Below, in pieces: positions 46,883 through 56,729 of a DNA stretch of 64,000 nucleotides. The number at the start of each line of letters is the position of its first letter. The first letter of the stretch is position 1. Source of the stretch: a virus (Duplodnaviria; Caudoviricetes); the IMG/VR virus record IMGVR_UViG_3300049892_000014, positions 32,001 through 96,000 of that record; one strand, given 5' to 3'. Below the pieces are notes generated by a model. That model made no database searches. It was not told the DNA's origin and worked only from the letters and a program-made list of their open reading frames with translations. The position numbers and the translations under genes are program-made.

Positions 46883-47551
46883 ATGGTTAGAAGCGATAGA
46901 GATCGTGAATATGATAAACGGTACAGAGAAGAACATAGAGAAGAGATTAGAGAGCGTGATCGTCGCTGGAGAGCGGAACACCTAGAGAGCATAAGGGAGA
47001 GTCAAAGGATATCTAATAGAAAATATGCAGAGAAAAACAGAGAATCCCTCAATGCTAAATCTAACAATCGCTACTGGAAAGACATTGAAGCTTCCAGGGC
47101 TAAAGGTAGGAAGTATGCCGCAAAGTATAGAGAAGAACACTTAGAAGCGGTCAGGGGGAGGGATCGTGAGCATTATGCTAAAAAAGGTGGTAAGGAGAAA
47201 ATGAGACAGTGGAGAGCGAAAGATCCAGAAGCAAGGAGGGAGAGGGATAGGGAATATGAGAAAAAAAATTACTCCTCTAGAAGAGATGGGAAGCTAAGGA
47301 GTAAATACAATATCTCACTATCAGACTACAGCGAGATGCTAGAAAAACAAAATGGAGCGTGTGCTATCTGCGGGATAGATCGAAATTTCCCAGGAAAGGG
47401 TAATAAGCTATTTGTGGATCACGATCATAAAACAGGCAAAGTTAGAGGGCTTCTGTGTAACAATTGCAACGCTCACCTTGGAATCCTAGAAAACGAAGCG
47501 TTTGTCAATAAGGCTAATGAGTACTTGGGTGGAGGAGAATATAATGTCTGA
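46883..47551 (+). CDS. endonuclease VII-like HNH (free-standing homing endonuclease)
   Basis: Repetitive R/E/Y helical N-terminus; QNGACAIC, VDHDHKTGKVRGLLCNNCN. Confidence 0.9.
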   Translation: MVRSDRDREYDKRYREEHREEIRERDRRWRAEHLESIRESQRISNRKYAEKNRESLNAKSNNRYWKDIEASRAKGRKYAAKYREEHLEAVRGRDREHYAKKGGKEKMRQWRAKDPEARRERDREYEKKNYSSRRDGKLRSKYNISLSDYSEMLEKQNGACAICGIDRNFPGKGNKLFVDHDHKTGKVRGLLCNNCNAHLGILENEAFVNKANEYLGGGEYNV

Positions 47552-48635
47552 ACATATATGTGAAGTAGTTCCAGTAGTACTAGAGAAACACGACAACGCT
47601 GACCTACTGTCTATTGTCCGTGTTCGTGGATGGCAGTGTGTCGTGAAGACTGCTGATTTTCAGAACCAGCCACTGGGTATATATATCCCAATCGACATGA
47701 TGATTCCAGATACACCTGAATGGGCGTGGATGGAAAGTAAGCGTGTCAAAACTCACAAGTTCCGTGGAGCAATCTCTCAGGGATTACTTATACCAGCGGC
47801 AAAGGGTATGCGTATCGGAGACGATGTAACGGCACAACTTGGTATCACTAGATACATACCAAAGATTCCTGGTAATAAAAGCAAGCTCCGTGGCGGTCAG
47901 TCTATCGCACCGCCTCCAGGTATGATTAAGTACACAGATATAGAGAACTGGAAGAACTACTCTCATATCTTTACTAATAAAGATCTAGTAGTGGTTACAG
48001 AGAAGATACATGGGGCCAATTCTAGGTTCGCCATACTGGACGGTAAGTTCTATACTGGATCTCACAACACTGTTCGGAAGCCTATTCCGCCAGAGCCGAC
48101 TAGTTGGTTTGGTAAGAAGATTCTTTCTTTAAAGCGAAAGATGGGCCTGGCTCCAATTAAGCGGACTCCAGATACATGGCAACAGGTAGCGGTGAATTAC
48201 GACATAGAGAATAAGATGCGCATGGCCTTTCACAATAAGCAGGACGTTATCTTATTCGGTGAAATCTACGGGCCTCATGTTCAGTCTAGTATGCCATACG
48301 GAGTTCCAGAAGGAGAGACTCATGTAGCGTTCTTTGATTGCTATACAGATGGACGCTATATGGGATGGAATGAATTCCAATCCAAAATGATCTCCATGGG
48401 TCTACCAACTGTCCCCCAGCTTAAAATCATGGCCTTCGGTCAAGATGTTATAGATATGGTAGATGGCAAGGCTTTTGCTGGTACTCATATCAGAGAGGGT
48501 ATTGTTGTAAAGCCTTGGCCGGATGAGCAGTTCGACAGCAGGCTTGGTCGTAAGGTTATTAAAATGATTAGCGACAAATATCTCTTGAAAGACTACGAGC
48601 AAGAGCCTGATGACGCTATTGACGTGGCTGAATAA
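47544..48635 (+). CDS. RNA ligase (DRB0094/Rnl2-like)
   Basis: HDNADLL, RGAISQGLL, TEKIHGAN, FGEIYG, FFD, REGIVVK. Confidence 0.92.
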   Translation: MSEHICEVVPVVLEKHDNADLLSIVRVRGWQCVVKTADFQNQPLGIYIPIDMMIPDTPEWAWMESKRVKTHKFRGAISQGLLIPAAKGMRIGDDVTAQLGITRYIPKIPGNKSKLRGGQSIAPPPGMIKYTDIENWKNYSHIFTNKDLVVVTEKIHGANSRFAILDGKFYTGSHNTVRKPIPPEPTSWFGKKILSLKRKMGLAPIKRTPDTWQQVAVNYDIENKMRMAFHNKQDVILFGEIYGPHVQSSMPYGVPEGETHVAFFDCYTDGRYMGWNEFQSKMISMGLPTVPQLKIMAFGQDVIDMVDGKAFAGTHIREGIVVKPWPDEQFDSRLGRKVIKMISDKYLLKDYEQEPDDAIDVAE

Positions 48636-48913
48636 TGGCGACTAAAGAGAAGAGATATAAATGTTTAACTTGCAAGCATCCTCTGGATGAACACACAGAG
48701 GATCGCTGCATCCATTGGAATTGGGACACACAAGCGATCTGCAAATGCAACGAAGGCTCAGATGGTGTTCCTCTTAATAAAGTCTTTGAAAAGATACGTG
48801 TTTCAGAGGTTGTTACTATAGGTAAAAACTTCGTCTGGTTCAAGGGAAATGATGGCAGGCAATGGCGTTGGATGTTTAAACAAAAGAAGTTATTCCCAAT
48901 AACTGTGGTATAA
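48635..48913 (+). CDS. hypothetical Cys/His-rich protein
   Basis: CLTCKH..EH...C...CKC. Confidence 0.55.
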   Translation: MATKEKRYKCLTCKHPLDEHTEDRCIHWNWDTQAICKCNEGSDGVPLNKVFEKIRVSEVVTIGKNFVWFKGNDGRQWRWMFKQKKLFPITVV

Positions 48914-48918
48914 TAGAG

Positions 48919-49248
48919 GTGTATATGAAAGAAAAACAAGAGCTTGATAAATATACGTTAAACGATGAATTGAATTTCATTGCATGGATAGCATCTAACG
49001 GTACAACTGATTGCAATGGAAAGATTAAGAACGACTCAGAAGTAGAAGAAGACGGTCTTCCACGTAAGGCTAGAACGTGTTCACAGAGGATAGACTTTCT
49101 CAGGAAGTATGCTGGTAGTTGGTCTGACCGTATACTACCAGACGGATGGGAGCCAAAGATGCGAGGCATGGTTACTGATTACATATTCACCATAGCCATC
49201 CCTACAGTGTCAGCCTTACGAGAGGTTCAATTAGGAGATTTGGTTTAA
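48919..49248 (+). CDS. hypothetical protein
   Basis: GAGG RBS. Confidence 0.55.
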   Translation: MYMKEKQELDKYTLNDELNFIAWIASNGTTDCNGKIKNDSEVEEDGLPRKARTCSQRIDFLRKYAGSWSDRILPDGWEPKMRGMVTDYIFTIAIPTVSALREVQLGDLV

Positions 49249-49616
49249 TGAATATCATGACAATAGTTTACGATGTTGGGGTTCTCCTGATGTTATTGAC
49301 TTTAGCTGGAGGAGTGTATGGCAATATCTATATGCTCTGGAAACTATTGGGAGCATTCCGATATATAGAGTTTTCAGAAGCCAGGAGAATGCAAGCTCCG
49401 AATATGGGTATGCCCAATATGAATCAGTATACTCCAGCCAGTAAGCAGGAGACTGATGGAAGCTTCATCCCACGTACTGAAGCGGACGCATATCTACACG
49501 AAGAGGCTAATAAGATTAGCGTAGCTGCTGGGATCTCCGACGATGAGGCTATTAATGTTCTATTAGAACAGATACGTAGGCAGAATGAAAACAAGGGGAC
49601 TGTCGCTAATGTATAA
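49248..49616 (+). CDS. membrane-anchored hypothetical protein
   Basis: N-terminal hydrophobic helix. Confidence 0.6.
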   Translation: MNIMTIVYDVGVLLMLLTLAGGVYGNIYMLWKLLGAFRYIEFSEARRMQAPNMGMPNMNQYTPASKQETDGSFIPRTEADAYLHEEANKISVAAGISDDEAINVLLEQIRRQNENKGTVANV

Positions 49617-49761
49617 TACGGTTTGACCATAAACTCACTCCATTCAAGGATTGGATAGCCTCTAAGACTACTCTACGTCTCCTTGAGCGTAAGTTTAGGA
49701 TAAGAGGTGAGAGTGGTTATCAGGGCGGGGATAAAACCCCGCCTAGTGAAATTGAGTTATA

Positions 49762-51648
49762 TTGAATCATATACAGGAACATAAGATTTTAACAGAGGTA
49801 TGGGACCATCTGGATCAAAGACTAGATGATGCTGGGGGAATTGTATGGAAAGCCTGGGAGTCACTATCAAGCTTAGAGATTGAATTTATCACCAAAGAAG
49901 TGGGTAGGATAGTAACAGATCCCAGGTACTATCTCACTCACTATCACAAAATCCGCACCAAAGATAATATGATTCGCTCCATGCTTCCTTTGTTTGATTC
50001 GCAGGAAGCGTTTCTTGAAATATTCCTTCGACAATTAAATAACAAAGAACCGATTAGAATTATCGTCTTAAAAGCTAGACAGCTTGGAATGACATCTTTA
50101 AGTACAGCCCTAGTATTCTGGCGTACTATAACCATGGAAAACGTCAACACTGCCTCTATTAGCGATGAAGATGAGCGTTCATTAGTAGCTTATAATATGT
50201 GTCGTATCGCCTGGGAAAGTTTACCGTGGTGGTTTAAGCCGGAGGTGAGACATCTCGTACAAGCTAAACAGATTACTTTCGACAGAACTAATGAGAAAGA
50301 TAGGGCGAAATCTCCTGGGCTTCGTTCAAGTATTAGTTTTGAGCCTGCTAATTCCCCTTCTGGCGCTCTTTATTCTAAGTCTCTCTTTGCTATACATTGC
50401 GCTGAAGTAAGTCGATATCGGAAGGCCGACGCTCTAGTAGAAGGAGTATTCGGGTCTCTTGTTAATATACCTGGCTCTATAGGTATCATGGAAAGCACGG
50501 CAAGAGGACGTAAGGGTGTATGGTATGATATATGCGATGCGGCTATGCACAAGCGTATGGACTGGGAATTCTTGTTCCTTCCGTGGTTTTCAGAGCCTGG
50601 ATACAGGGAAACTGTTATAGGTGGATTTAGCAGAACAAAGGAAGAAGAGTCTATTGCCATAGGCGCTGAACGGGATTATGGAGTAAAGATTGATGATGAG
50701 CAATTAAATTGGCGACGGCGTAAGGCTGCTCAGTTTACGGCGGCTGATGGAAATGACGATAGAGTTGCGCAGGAATTTGCAGGAAATCCAACCGAAGCGT
50801 TTCTACAAACAGGATCGTGCGCATTTAATAAGAAGATGCTCCAGATGCAGGTAAACAACTTCGTACAGCCGCCCATGTGGGAGGGCGAGGTTGCATTAAA
50901 GCCTAATAATAAACAACCAAAATTGACCAGGCTTCCAGACGGAAGATTTCAAGTATGGGAATGGCCAAGGGCTAATGAAGTATATTACGTACCTGGAGAT
51001 CCATCTCTAGGAGTTGAAAACGCCGACTTTTCCTGCATACAGGTATTAAAGATACCAAAAGATCCAATGAAGCCCATTGAGCAAGTAGCTAGATGGCATG
51101 GATTAGTAGGAACTCCAGAGTTCGCTAGGATCATGTGCGCTATTGGCTATCTGTATAATACTGCTGAAGTGTGTCCAGAGAGTAATACATTCCAGAATAT
51201 TATCAGCGATATAGTCAGGGTATATGATTATCCTAACTGGTATAGATGGACAGCTGACGACAAAGTTAAGGGACAGTACTCTAACTTTATGGGATGGGTC
51301 ACTAATAGTCGAACTCGTCCTGCTATTATCTCTAAATTTAGGGAAGCTATTAATGAGATTACGGTCATCATAAGATCGGCTGACGATATTAATGAATGCT
51401 ATGATTTTGGTGACGTTGATGGCTTTGGTGATTCCAAGCGATTTGAAGCACTCTCAGGACACGATGATGGACTAATGGCATTCATGATTGGATATTATGT
51501 TTGCACTAAGATACAGCCAAGACTATACGAGTCTGACGACGTCATCTATACAGACCCTAATGCTACTAGGCAGAATACGGATTACTCCCCAATTTACGAC
51601 AATGATCCAATGGATAACCCACAACGCTTTGACTATGACATGCTATAA
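49762..51648 (+). CDS. terL: terminase large subunit
   Basis: IIVLKARQLGMTS, HCAEVS, IMESTARG, FLPWF, GDPSLG..ADFS, HDDGLMA. Confidence 0.93.
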   Translation: MNHIQEHKILTEVWDHLDQRLDDAGGIVWKAWESLSSLEIEFITKEVGRIVTDPRYYLTHYHKIRTKDNMIRSMLPLFDSQEAFLEIFLRQLNNKEPIRIIVLKARQLGMTSLSTALVFWRTITMENVNTASISDEDERSLVAYNMCRIAWESLPWWFKPEVRHLVQAKQITFDRTNEKDRAKSPGLRSSISFEPANSPSGALYSKSLFAIHCAEVSRYRKADALVEGVFGSLVNIPGSIGIMESTARGRKGVWYDICDAAMHKRMDWEFLFLPWFSEPGYRETVIGGFSRTKEEESIAIGAERDYGVKIDDEQLNWRRRKAAQFTAADGNDDRVAQEFAGNPTEAFLQTGSCAFNKKMLQMQVNNFVQPPMWEGEVALKPNNKQPKLTRLPDGRFQVWEWPRANEVYYVPGDPSLGVENADFSCIQVLKIPKDPMKPIEQVARWHGLVGTPEFARIMCAIGYLYNTAEVCPESNTFQNIISDIVRVYDYPNWYRWTADDKVKGQYSNFMGWVTNSRTRPAIISKFREAINEITVIIRSADDINECYDFGDVDGFGDSKRFEALSGHDDGLMAFMIGYYVCTKIQPRLYESDDVIYTDPNATRQNTDYSPIYDNDPMDNPQRFDYDML

Positions 51649-51659
51649 GGAGAAACAAA

Positions 51660-52130
51660 ATGAAAGGTGATGCTTTAATTATTGAAATGTTGAACGACGC
51701 CCTGATTGATGAGCTAATGGCTATTAACCAGTACATCCTACATTCGGAGATATTCAGCAACTGGGGATACGAAAAGCTAGGCGCTATGGAGAAGGGTCTC
51801 GCTAGAGCTGAGATGGGTCACGCTGAACGACTTATTGAGCGTATTGTATTCCTAGAGGGAATGCCTAATATGACCAACTATCGCAAGTTGAATATTGGAG
51901 AAAAGACTCCAGATATGTTAGCTAGTGATCTGAAGTTGGAAATGGGAGCCGTTGACAGGTATCGCAAGATTGCTGAGACTGCGTTTAGCAAGGGGGATAA
52001 GGTTACATTTGAACTGGCATCCTCACTTCTTAAAGATGAAGAGGATCACGTTAATACTCAAGAGGGAGAACGTGATATGATAGTAGATATGGGATTACAG
52101 ATTTACCTTAGTACAAAAGTGGAGGCATAA
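51660..52130 (+). CDS. bfr: bacterioferritin
   Basis: MKGD..., ELMAINQY.LH, EMGHAERLIERIVFLEG.P (heme Met), LEMGA, DEEDH. Confidence 0.93.
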   Translation: MKGDALIIEMLNDALIDELMAINQYILHSEIFSNWGYEKLGAMEKGLARAEMGHAERLIERIVFLEGMPNMTNYRKLNIGEKTPDMLASDLKLEMGAVDRYRKIAETAFSKGDKVTFELASSLLKDEEDHVNTQEGERDMIVDMGLQIYLSTKVEA

Positions 52131-52720
52131 TGCCAGAGATTACACCGCCTATTGGAATGTGTCCAGAATGCGCAGTTGAAGATATTAAAACTTATGGGGT
52201 TCTTGCTAGGAATGGTATGGAGATAAACTGTACCCGTGGACATTCCTTCGCTAACATGGATGATTTCAATGAGGGAATCACTAAGCAAGAGAGAAAGAAG
52301 ATGAAGAAAGACATGGATAAAAAAGCTGCTGATACCTTTGGATCTAGAAAGCTTAACGAGAATGATGTTCCGGCAATCGTCCAAAAAAATCCAGACGATA
52401 TCTCTATAGACGAGGTTAATAAAGCTAGGCTAGAGACTTTAGTGGGAGAATTTCACGACATCTCAGGACTGGTTGGATTGGTCTACTCTGCGCTGGAAGA
52501 TAAGAAGAATCTAGAAGAAGTAATAAGGAATGCCAAGAAAGCTAAAGTCGGGGAAGAGGATGGAAAGATTCTAGTCTCTGGAGACTTGCAGATCTCAGGC
52601 GTTATTCCTGAACGTCATGTTCAACCGCTGATTGATCTAGCTCACAGCTGGAACAGAAGCGCAACAGAATACGTGAATGAAAGAATGGCCGAACTGTTTG
52701 ATAATATGATGTTCTACTAG
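52130..52720 (+). CDS. hypothetical protein with N-terminal Zn ribbon
   Basis: CPEC...CTRGH. Confidence 0.6.
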   Translation: MPEITPPIGMCPECAVEDIKTYGVLARNGMEINCTRGHSFANMDDFNEGITKQERKKMKKDMDKKAADTFGSRKLNENDVPAIVQKNPDDISIDEVNKARLETLVGEFHDISGLVGLVYSALEDKKNLEEVIRNAKKAKVGEEDGKILVSGDLQISGVIPERHVQPLIDLAHSWNRSATEYVNERMAELFDNMMFY

Positions 52721-52730
52721 GGGGTAGAAA

Positions 52731-53000
52731 ATGCCATTGTATGAAGAGCAATGTCCAGTTTGCGGACTGGTAAAAGAACACTTCTGTCGAATGTCTGAAA
52801 GTGACGTTGTTATGAAGTGTGAATGTGGAGGCTCAATGGAACGTGTGTTCTCCGTTCCTTCTGTTAGGATCTTCCAGGAATACACAACAACTCATATCCT
52901 TCCGCACGGGAAACCTATTACTATTACCAGTGAGAGGCATGAGACTTCTGTTCTACGGGAAAACGGATTATGCAAAGCCGACAGCAATCCAACAAAATAA
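52731..53000 (+). CDS. FmdB-family Zn-ribbon protein
   Basis: MPLYEEQCPVCG...CECGGSMERVFS. Confidence 0.85.
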   Translation: MPLYEEQCPVCGLVKEHFCRMSESDVVMKCECGGSMERVFSVPSVRIFQEYTTTHILPHGKPITITSERHETSVLRENGLCKADSNPTK

Positions 53001-53002
53001 TG

Positions 53003-53031
53003 TTGACATTCCAAATTGATTGTGCTACTTT
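53003..53031 (+). promoter_or_regulatory. sigma70-type promoter
   Basis: TTGACA-17-TACTTT with TG. Confidence 0.7.
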
Positions 53032-53047
53032 CTGCGTGAGGTGAACA

Positions 53048-53653
53048 ATGAAAATAATTAGACCGAGCGTAGAATTTTTATGGATGACACAATCTCCACT
53101 TGAGGCGATAGAATTAGCTGGGAGAACTTGCTATAAATCTGAGGATCGAATTACCTCAAAAAGCGCCGAGAAGTTTATCCACATGTTACTCAATAAGGGA
53201 CATGAAGCCATGTTAGAACATGCATCCATGTCTTATAGGATCGTATGTGACAGGGGCGTAACTCATGAGATAGTACGTCACCGGCTATTTTCATATGCCC
53301 AGGAAAGCACTCGCTATGTTAACTACAAAGATGGCATAGAGGTGATTAGCCCATTTAACGACGTTATCACTCCTGAAGACGCAGCTACAGCTGGCATTTG
53401 GCAGCAGACCATGCAGTATTGCGAGTCTACGTATAGATATTTAATAGAGAATGGAGAGAAGCCTCAAATAGCCAGGGCGGTACTTCCGACATGTGTAAAG
53501 ACTGAGATTGTAGTTACTGGAAATATGCGAGAATGGAGACATTTCTTTAAGTTGAGGACTGCTAAAGACGCCCATCCTCAGATGCAGGAAGTTGCTAATA
53601 TGTTGTTGTTTGACGCTACATATAGGGTTCCAATTCTTTTTGACGAATACTAA
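53048..53653 (+). CDS. thyX: FAD-dependent thymidylate synthase
   Basis: GRTCYKS, GHEAMLEH, RGVTHEIVRHRLFSYAQESTRY, AHPQM. Confidence 0.96.
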   Translation: MKIIRPSVEFLWMTQSPLEAIELAGRTCYKSEDRITSKSAEKFIHMLLNKGHEAMLEHASMSYRIVCDRGVTHEIVRHRLFSYAQESTRYVNYKDGIEVISPFNDVITPEDAATAGIWQQTMQYCESTYRYLIENGEKPQIARAVLPTCVKTEIVVTGNMREWRHFFKLRTAKDAHPQMQEVANMLLFDATYRVPILFDEY

Positions 53654-53662
53654 GGGGGCAGA

Positions 53663-54040
53663 ATGAAGCGTAAACCTAGTGAAGAGATTATTATGAGAGA
53701 TCATGCTAACGAAGAGGTTCAATCTTTTGAGACTGGAGCAACATGTACCAAGGTACATGAGAGATATGATTTAATATGTCCCACCGGTCTTAAGAGAATA
53801 GCGCAGCGTTATGCGTTGGGGGCTGTTAAATATTCCGATTATAACTGGTGTAAAGGGATTCCTATAAAGGAACGTCTTAACCATTTAATTAAACATGTCA
53901 ATGAATACATTGCTAATGGAAACGTATTCGATGATAACCTGGCCGCTATAGCATGGAACGCAATAGCCTTGATGCATTATGAAGAGGACTGCAAGCACCA
54001 TGAAGCTCCTTGGATAGACAAGGAAGAGGATGCCAAGTAG
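53663..54040 (+). CDS. dATP/dGTP diphosphohydrolase-domain protein (DUF5664-like)
   Basis: FETGA, RYDLI, GAVKY..YNW.KG, DNLAAIAWNA. Confidence 0.85.
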   Translation: MKRKPSEEIIMRDHANEEVQSFETGATCTKVHERYDLICPTGLKRIAQRYALGAVKYSDYNWCKGIPIKERLNHLIKHVNEYIANGNVFDDNLAAIAWNAIALMHYEEDCKHHEAPWIDKEEDAK

Positions 54041-54473
54041 TTGTTATACCTTCGATAAAGCTATACGCAGGAAAATGATTAAAGAAGCGGAGCCTGTGCA
54101 ATTCAAGCTTCGCTTCTCTAATCGTAGATACTATATCAAGACGTTTATATGGCCAGATAGGGAATCTATGGTAGCTGGCGCTGCCGTAGAAGGTCCGAAA
54201 TACCACGCATGTTATGTTCCATTCTCACCAGCAAACGATCCCCCATGTATAGGTGAATTACACTTCTATGTAGAATTCCTTAAATCAGGAGTAGTAGCAC
54301 ATGAGCTATTACATGCTATCTTTGATCTAGCCTGGAAGCAGCGTCAGATCATAAATCCTCCATCTATAACTACGCCTGATACCGCCAAGAATCATCAGTA
54401 TTGCGAGTTTCTCTGTGGAGAACTAGAGAACCTCACTAACCAATTCTGGAAACATTATCCTCTAAGTCAATAA
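54030..54473 (+). CDS. HExxH-containing hypothetical protein
   Basis: VVAHELLHA...E. Confidence 0.6.
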   Translation: MPSSCYTFDKAIRRKMIKEAEPVQFKLRFSNRRYYIKTFIWPDRESMVAGAAVEGPKYHACYVPFSPANDPPCIGELHFYVEFLKSGVVAHELLHAIFDLAWKQRQIINPPSITTPDTAKNHQYCEFLCGELENLTNQFWKHYPLSQ

Positions 54474-54540
54474 GTATTGATTCCATGTGCTATAATAGGT
54501 CTTGTGTACACCTATTGATAATTATCTCATGGAGTAGAAT

Positions 54541-56430
54541 GTGGAAATATCCCCCTTATTTACCGGCGACCCTGACGGGATTACGATATCCCAGCAACCT
54601 GGATATCAGAAAACTGTAAGTGAATGGTGTGAAAGAGTTTACGCTGAGGCGAAGCATGAGCTAGATCAGAATGAAGAGATCATGGGTCTAGACAAATCTA
54701 TTTCCTTCCTCCTGGGAAAGCAGTGGTCAGAGAAGCGGCCTACATACAAGTCTTCTCCTGTGAGTAATAGGGTGTGGAGTAACTTAATCCAGCTTGTATC
54801 ATATCTTACAGACTTACGTCCCTCCTTTGAAATTAAAGCATCCAATAAAACATACGATGAGCAATGCGTATTACTAAACAAGCTATCTAGAAGCTGGTTC
54901 TATAATCGGGATATTGATTTAGTTCTGTCTCAAATTGTTATACATGCTGCTACCACTATTGGATATGGTAGATTGTCGTGGAATCCAGAGTTATGCGGCG
55001 GGATGGGTGATATGGAGCTGACGGCTGTTGGCCCTACAGACCTAATACCTATTAAACCTGCAAATCACCTCCAGAACTCCAGAGGAGTTATTTACCAGAC
55101 AGTTAAAGAATTAAGTTGGTTTAGGGATAAGTTTCCTATTACTGGCCAGCATGTAAAGCCGGACCCATCTCTATCCAGATTCTCAAAAACGTCCAAGCCA
55201 TCAGGTGCGGTTGGCCGAGCGTGGGAAGTTATTGGTCCCGCCATGCGCAGAGTACTATCTGCTTCTTCATCTGTGACCAATGATTCCGTAATGCCTTTAG
55301 CTAGGCTTAGGGAGTATTGGCTTCATGATGATCAGCTTAATACATCTGGAGCCGATGTATACGTAGGAGATCTTGTTAAGGGTTATGGATATAAAGTATC
55401 TCCTGGTCAAAAGCTATACCCACGAGGTAGGCTCATTACTATGGGTGGGGATACTGTTGTTTATGATGGACCTAATCCTTTCTATCACGGACAATTTCCT
55501 TTCTGCGCACTTAGATTAAATCAGGTACCTTGGTCTTGGTTGGGTGTATCTGAATTTAGAAACCAGATTCCCCTACAAGAGTCTATGAATCACATCCTGG
55601 CCGGTATTATGGATTCCGTGAAACGGGCTGTGAACCCACCTCTTCTTTCTCCATCTAATGCTTTTGGTGATGCAGTAAAGAAGAATATAGATCCTAACAT
55701 GCCGAATGCCATGATCTACTACAACCCAAATACCATTGCTCCTCCACAGTATGCTAGTTCTCCTAGTTTGCCTGGATTTGTGTTCGAGACCATGCTTTAC
55801 TTCCAAAGGGAGTTGGATAGTCAGAGTGGGTTCCTTGATCTCCAGGGCTTAACCAGGCGGGGTATTATTCCTGCTGGTGATACGATTGAATCATTAAAAC
55901 AGAACCAGCAGACTATGGTGAGATTAAAGGTTAGGTATATTGAGGGATTCTTTAAAGAGCTTGGTACTCAATTTGTATCTAACGCATTTCAGTTCTACAC
56001 GATGAAGCGCAGGATTCACATGCTTGGGAGTGAGGGTCTCACGTTTGAGGACTTCGATTTAGATCCAGAGACAATGATTCCGGCTGAAGTAAACCCAGAG
56101 GTATACTTCCGTAACTTCGGATTCTACGTTGCTCCTGGTAGCTTGCTGGATTCCAATAGAACTCAGAAAGCCCTGCTTATGCTACAACTCCGACGTATGG
56201 GAGATATGGATCTTAAGAATCTGTTAGAGGCTTTGGATCTCGGTAGTATGTATGACAGTATTAAAAAGAACCTACAAGGAGAAGGGGCTGACTTCCTTAT
56301 CAATGCTATTAAGCAGAAGATGGGCGGAGGCGCTCCATCAGCTGAAGGTATGTCTCCACAGCAGGCTCAGCAGTTATCTAGTGGTAATATGGGTACAGCG
56401 GGATCTGCCGACCAGCAGAATAATGGATAA
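54541..56430 (+). CDS. portal protein
   Basis: 629 aa, position before scaffold and capsid; GKQW, NPFYHGQFPF, IPLQESMN, Gln/Gly-rich tail. Confidence 0.85.
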   Translation: MEISPLFTGDPDGITISQQPGYQKTVSEWCERVYAEAKHELDQNEEIMGLDKSISFLLGKQWSEKRPTYKSSPVSNRVWSNLIQLVSYLTDLRPSFEIKASNKTYDEQCVLLNKLSRSWFYNRDIDLVLSQIVIHAATTIGYGRLSWNPELCGGMGDMELTAVGPTDLIPIKPANHLQNSRGVIYQTVKELSWFRDKFPITGQHVKPDPSLSRFSKTSKPSGAVGRAWEVIGPAMRRVLSASSSVTNDSVMPLARLREYWLHDDQLNTSGADVYVGDLVKGYGYKVSPGQKLYPRGRLITMGGDTVVYDGPNPFYHGQFPFCALRLNQVPWSWLGVSEFRNQIPLQESMNHILAGIMDSVKRAVNPPLLSPSNAFGDAVKKNIDPNMPNAMIYYNPNTIAPPQYASSPSLPGFVFETMLYFQRELDSQSGFLDLQGLTRRGIIPAGDTIESLKQNQQTMVRLKVRYIEGFFKELGTQFVSNAFQFYTMKRRIHMLGSEGLTFEDFDLDPETMIPAEVNPEVYFRNFGFYVAPGSLLDSNRTQKALLMLQLRRMGDMDLKNLLEALDLGSMYDSIKKNLQGEGADFLINAIKQKMGGGAPSAEGMSPQQAQQLSSGNMGTAGSADQQNNG

Positions 56431-56435
56431 TCATA

Positions 56436-56729
56436 ATGCCTAAAGATAAGTTTAAGCCAAAGGAATTTGCCGACTTTGAGAAGAAGAAGTCCTATGTAGC
56501 TCTAGAGGATCGTGTTGAGCGCCTTGAGAAGGGTAGGACTGCACCTGAAGAAGGTGAGTTTAACAGGTCGTCTAAAGATGTGCGTGAGGATTACTTCGCA
56601 GACGAGAAAAGGGCTGAAGAAGACCGTGGAGAGAAAAAAGAGCAAAAGCGTAGACCATTAAAGCAGCCACGGAAAATGATCCGTAAATGGGATACAAGAA
56701 GCGCCAAGCGAAGGAATAGTAGTAGGTAA
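56436..56729 (+). CDS. charged hypothetical protein
   Basis: Follows portal. Confidence 0.5.
   Translation: MPKDKFKPKEFADFEKKKSYVALEDRVERLEKGRTAPEEGEFNRSSKDVREDYFADEKRAEEDRGEKKEQKRRPLKQPRKMIRKWDTRSAKRRNSSR

Noticed and set aside
46883-47551. Intron-encoded homing endonuclease
   Set aside because: The flanking MazG and RNA ligase genes are intact and abut it directly, leaving no room for intron structure.
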